Virus record (IMG/VR): IMGVR_UViG_3300037791_000039
Span: 1-39,268 of that record
Length of the DNA: 39,268 nucleotides
Reading direction: 5' to 3' (one strand)
DNA from: a virus
Taxonomy: Duplodnaviria; Caudoviricetes
This document shows, one piece after another, positions 38,760 to 39,268 of the stretch (within the stretch, counting starts at the first letter, position 1; each line of letters starts with the position of its first letter). Under the pieces are notes generated by a model, which made no database searches, was not told where the DNA came from, and saw nothing but the letters and a program-made list of their open reading frames with translations. A program made the translations under genes and the position numbers.

Positions 38760-39268
38760 CGCTTGCCGCCTTTCTGGAGGTTGAAGAAGCGGAAGCCATT
38801 GATGTGGCTGCCGGTCACGGCCTTGGCCACAGCGGAGAGCGTGCGGTAGACCTGCCCGTCGTATTCAAAGCCCCGGCCCGGCTCGCGAACGACGACGCGG
38901 ATGGTCTTGCCCTTGTACTGGCGAACGATGGCCGAGCCCGGGGAGGGCAGTCGGGGATCGCCCGATGGCGTGTTCGACACCTTACGGGTCACCGTCGATG
39001 CGCTGCCGGTCTGGGGAGGGCAGACCATGCCCTTGGGGGCCATGACCCGTACCTCGGCGTCGTTGGCCAGTTCAGCGGCACGCTTGCGGGCCCGCTCGGA
39101 GAGGTCGCCCTCGGCGTTGGCCTGTATCCGCCAGGCGATCTTCCGGATGAGGTAGGCCCGGTGACGGGTCCGGCAGGGTTGGCCATGCAGTTCTTCATAC
39201 CGATCGGCGAGTTCGCCGGTGGTCATAGTCTGCAAGTCGTCGATCTGTGTTGCAATGTCCGTATCCAT
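38756..39268 (-). CDS. DUF2924 domain protein
   Basis: YLIRKIAWRIQA...G...RQYKG...YRTLSAVAKAVTGSHING.RFF; ATGA-coupled to the recombinase; ATG sits at the window edge. Confidence 0.88.
   Translation of the reverse strand: MDTDIATQIDDLQTMTTGELADRYEELHGQPCRTRHRAYLIRKIAWRIQANAEGDLSERARKRAAELANDAEVRVMAPKGMVCPPQTGSASTVTRKVSNTPSGDPRLPSPGSAIVRQYKGKTIRVVVREPGRGFEYDGQVYRTLSAVAKAVTGSHINGFRFFNLQKGGKR

Larger units (their letters stand above)
224..39268 (-). mobile_element. Temperate siphovirus-like prophage (lambda-like packaging, serine-recombinase integration); att ends not located
   Basis: Contiguous integration, immunity, replication, packaging, head and non-contractile tail modules with many overlapping start/stop codons. 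No sheath gene seen. Confidence 0.9.

Overview
The window is an apparently near-complete, GC-rich temperate siphovirus-like prophage; the gene set and order suggest a Planctomycetota host (inference). Most genes are on the minus strand. From the right end it carries a DUF2924/large serine recombinase integration module, a plus-strand defence cassette (Mrr-type nuclease, type I hsdM-hsdS-prrC-hsdR), an XRE/ImmA switch, two unknown regulators, a sigma-like factor and a primase-helicase with an iteron origin. It continues with a ParB-fused DNA methyltransferase, a small opposite-strand cassette, lambda-like terminase/portal/protease-capsid genes, and a tail module ending in a Cys-repeat protein. 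The most unusual element is a complete, ORF-less group I intron catalytic core (minus strand, about 721-977) between the last two late genes. Its 5' splice site is ambiguous, and the best P1 partner I found lies downstream of the 3' splice site, which suggests a permuted or mRNA-processing ribozyme. Other signals: the octamer CCCCGGAA is strongly over-represented in the phage core, a 19-bp motif is shared by the replication and head/tail operon leaders, the tail chaperone has a -1 frameshift signature, and hsdS carries two slippage-prone repeats. All family calls come from motif recognition by eye; no database search was run.
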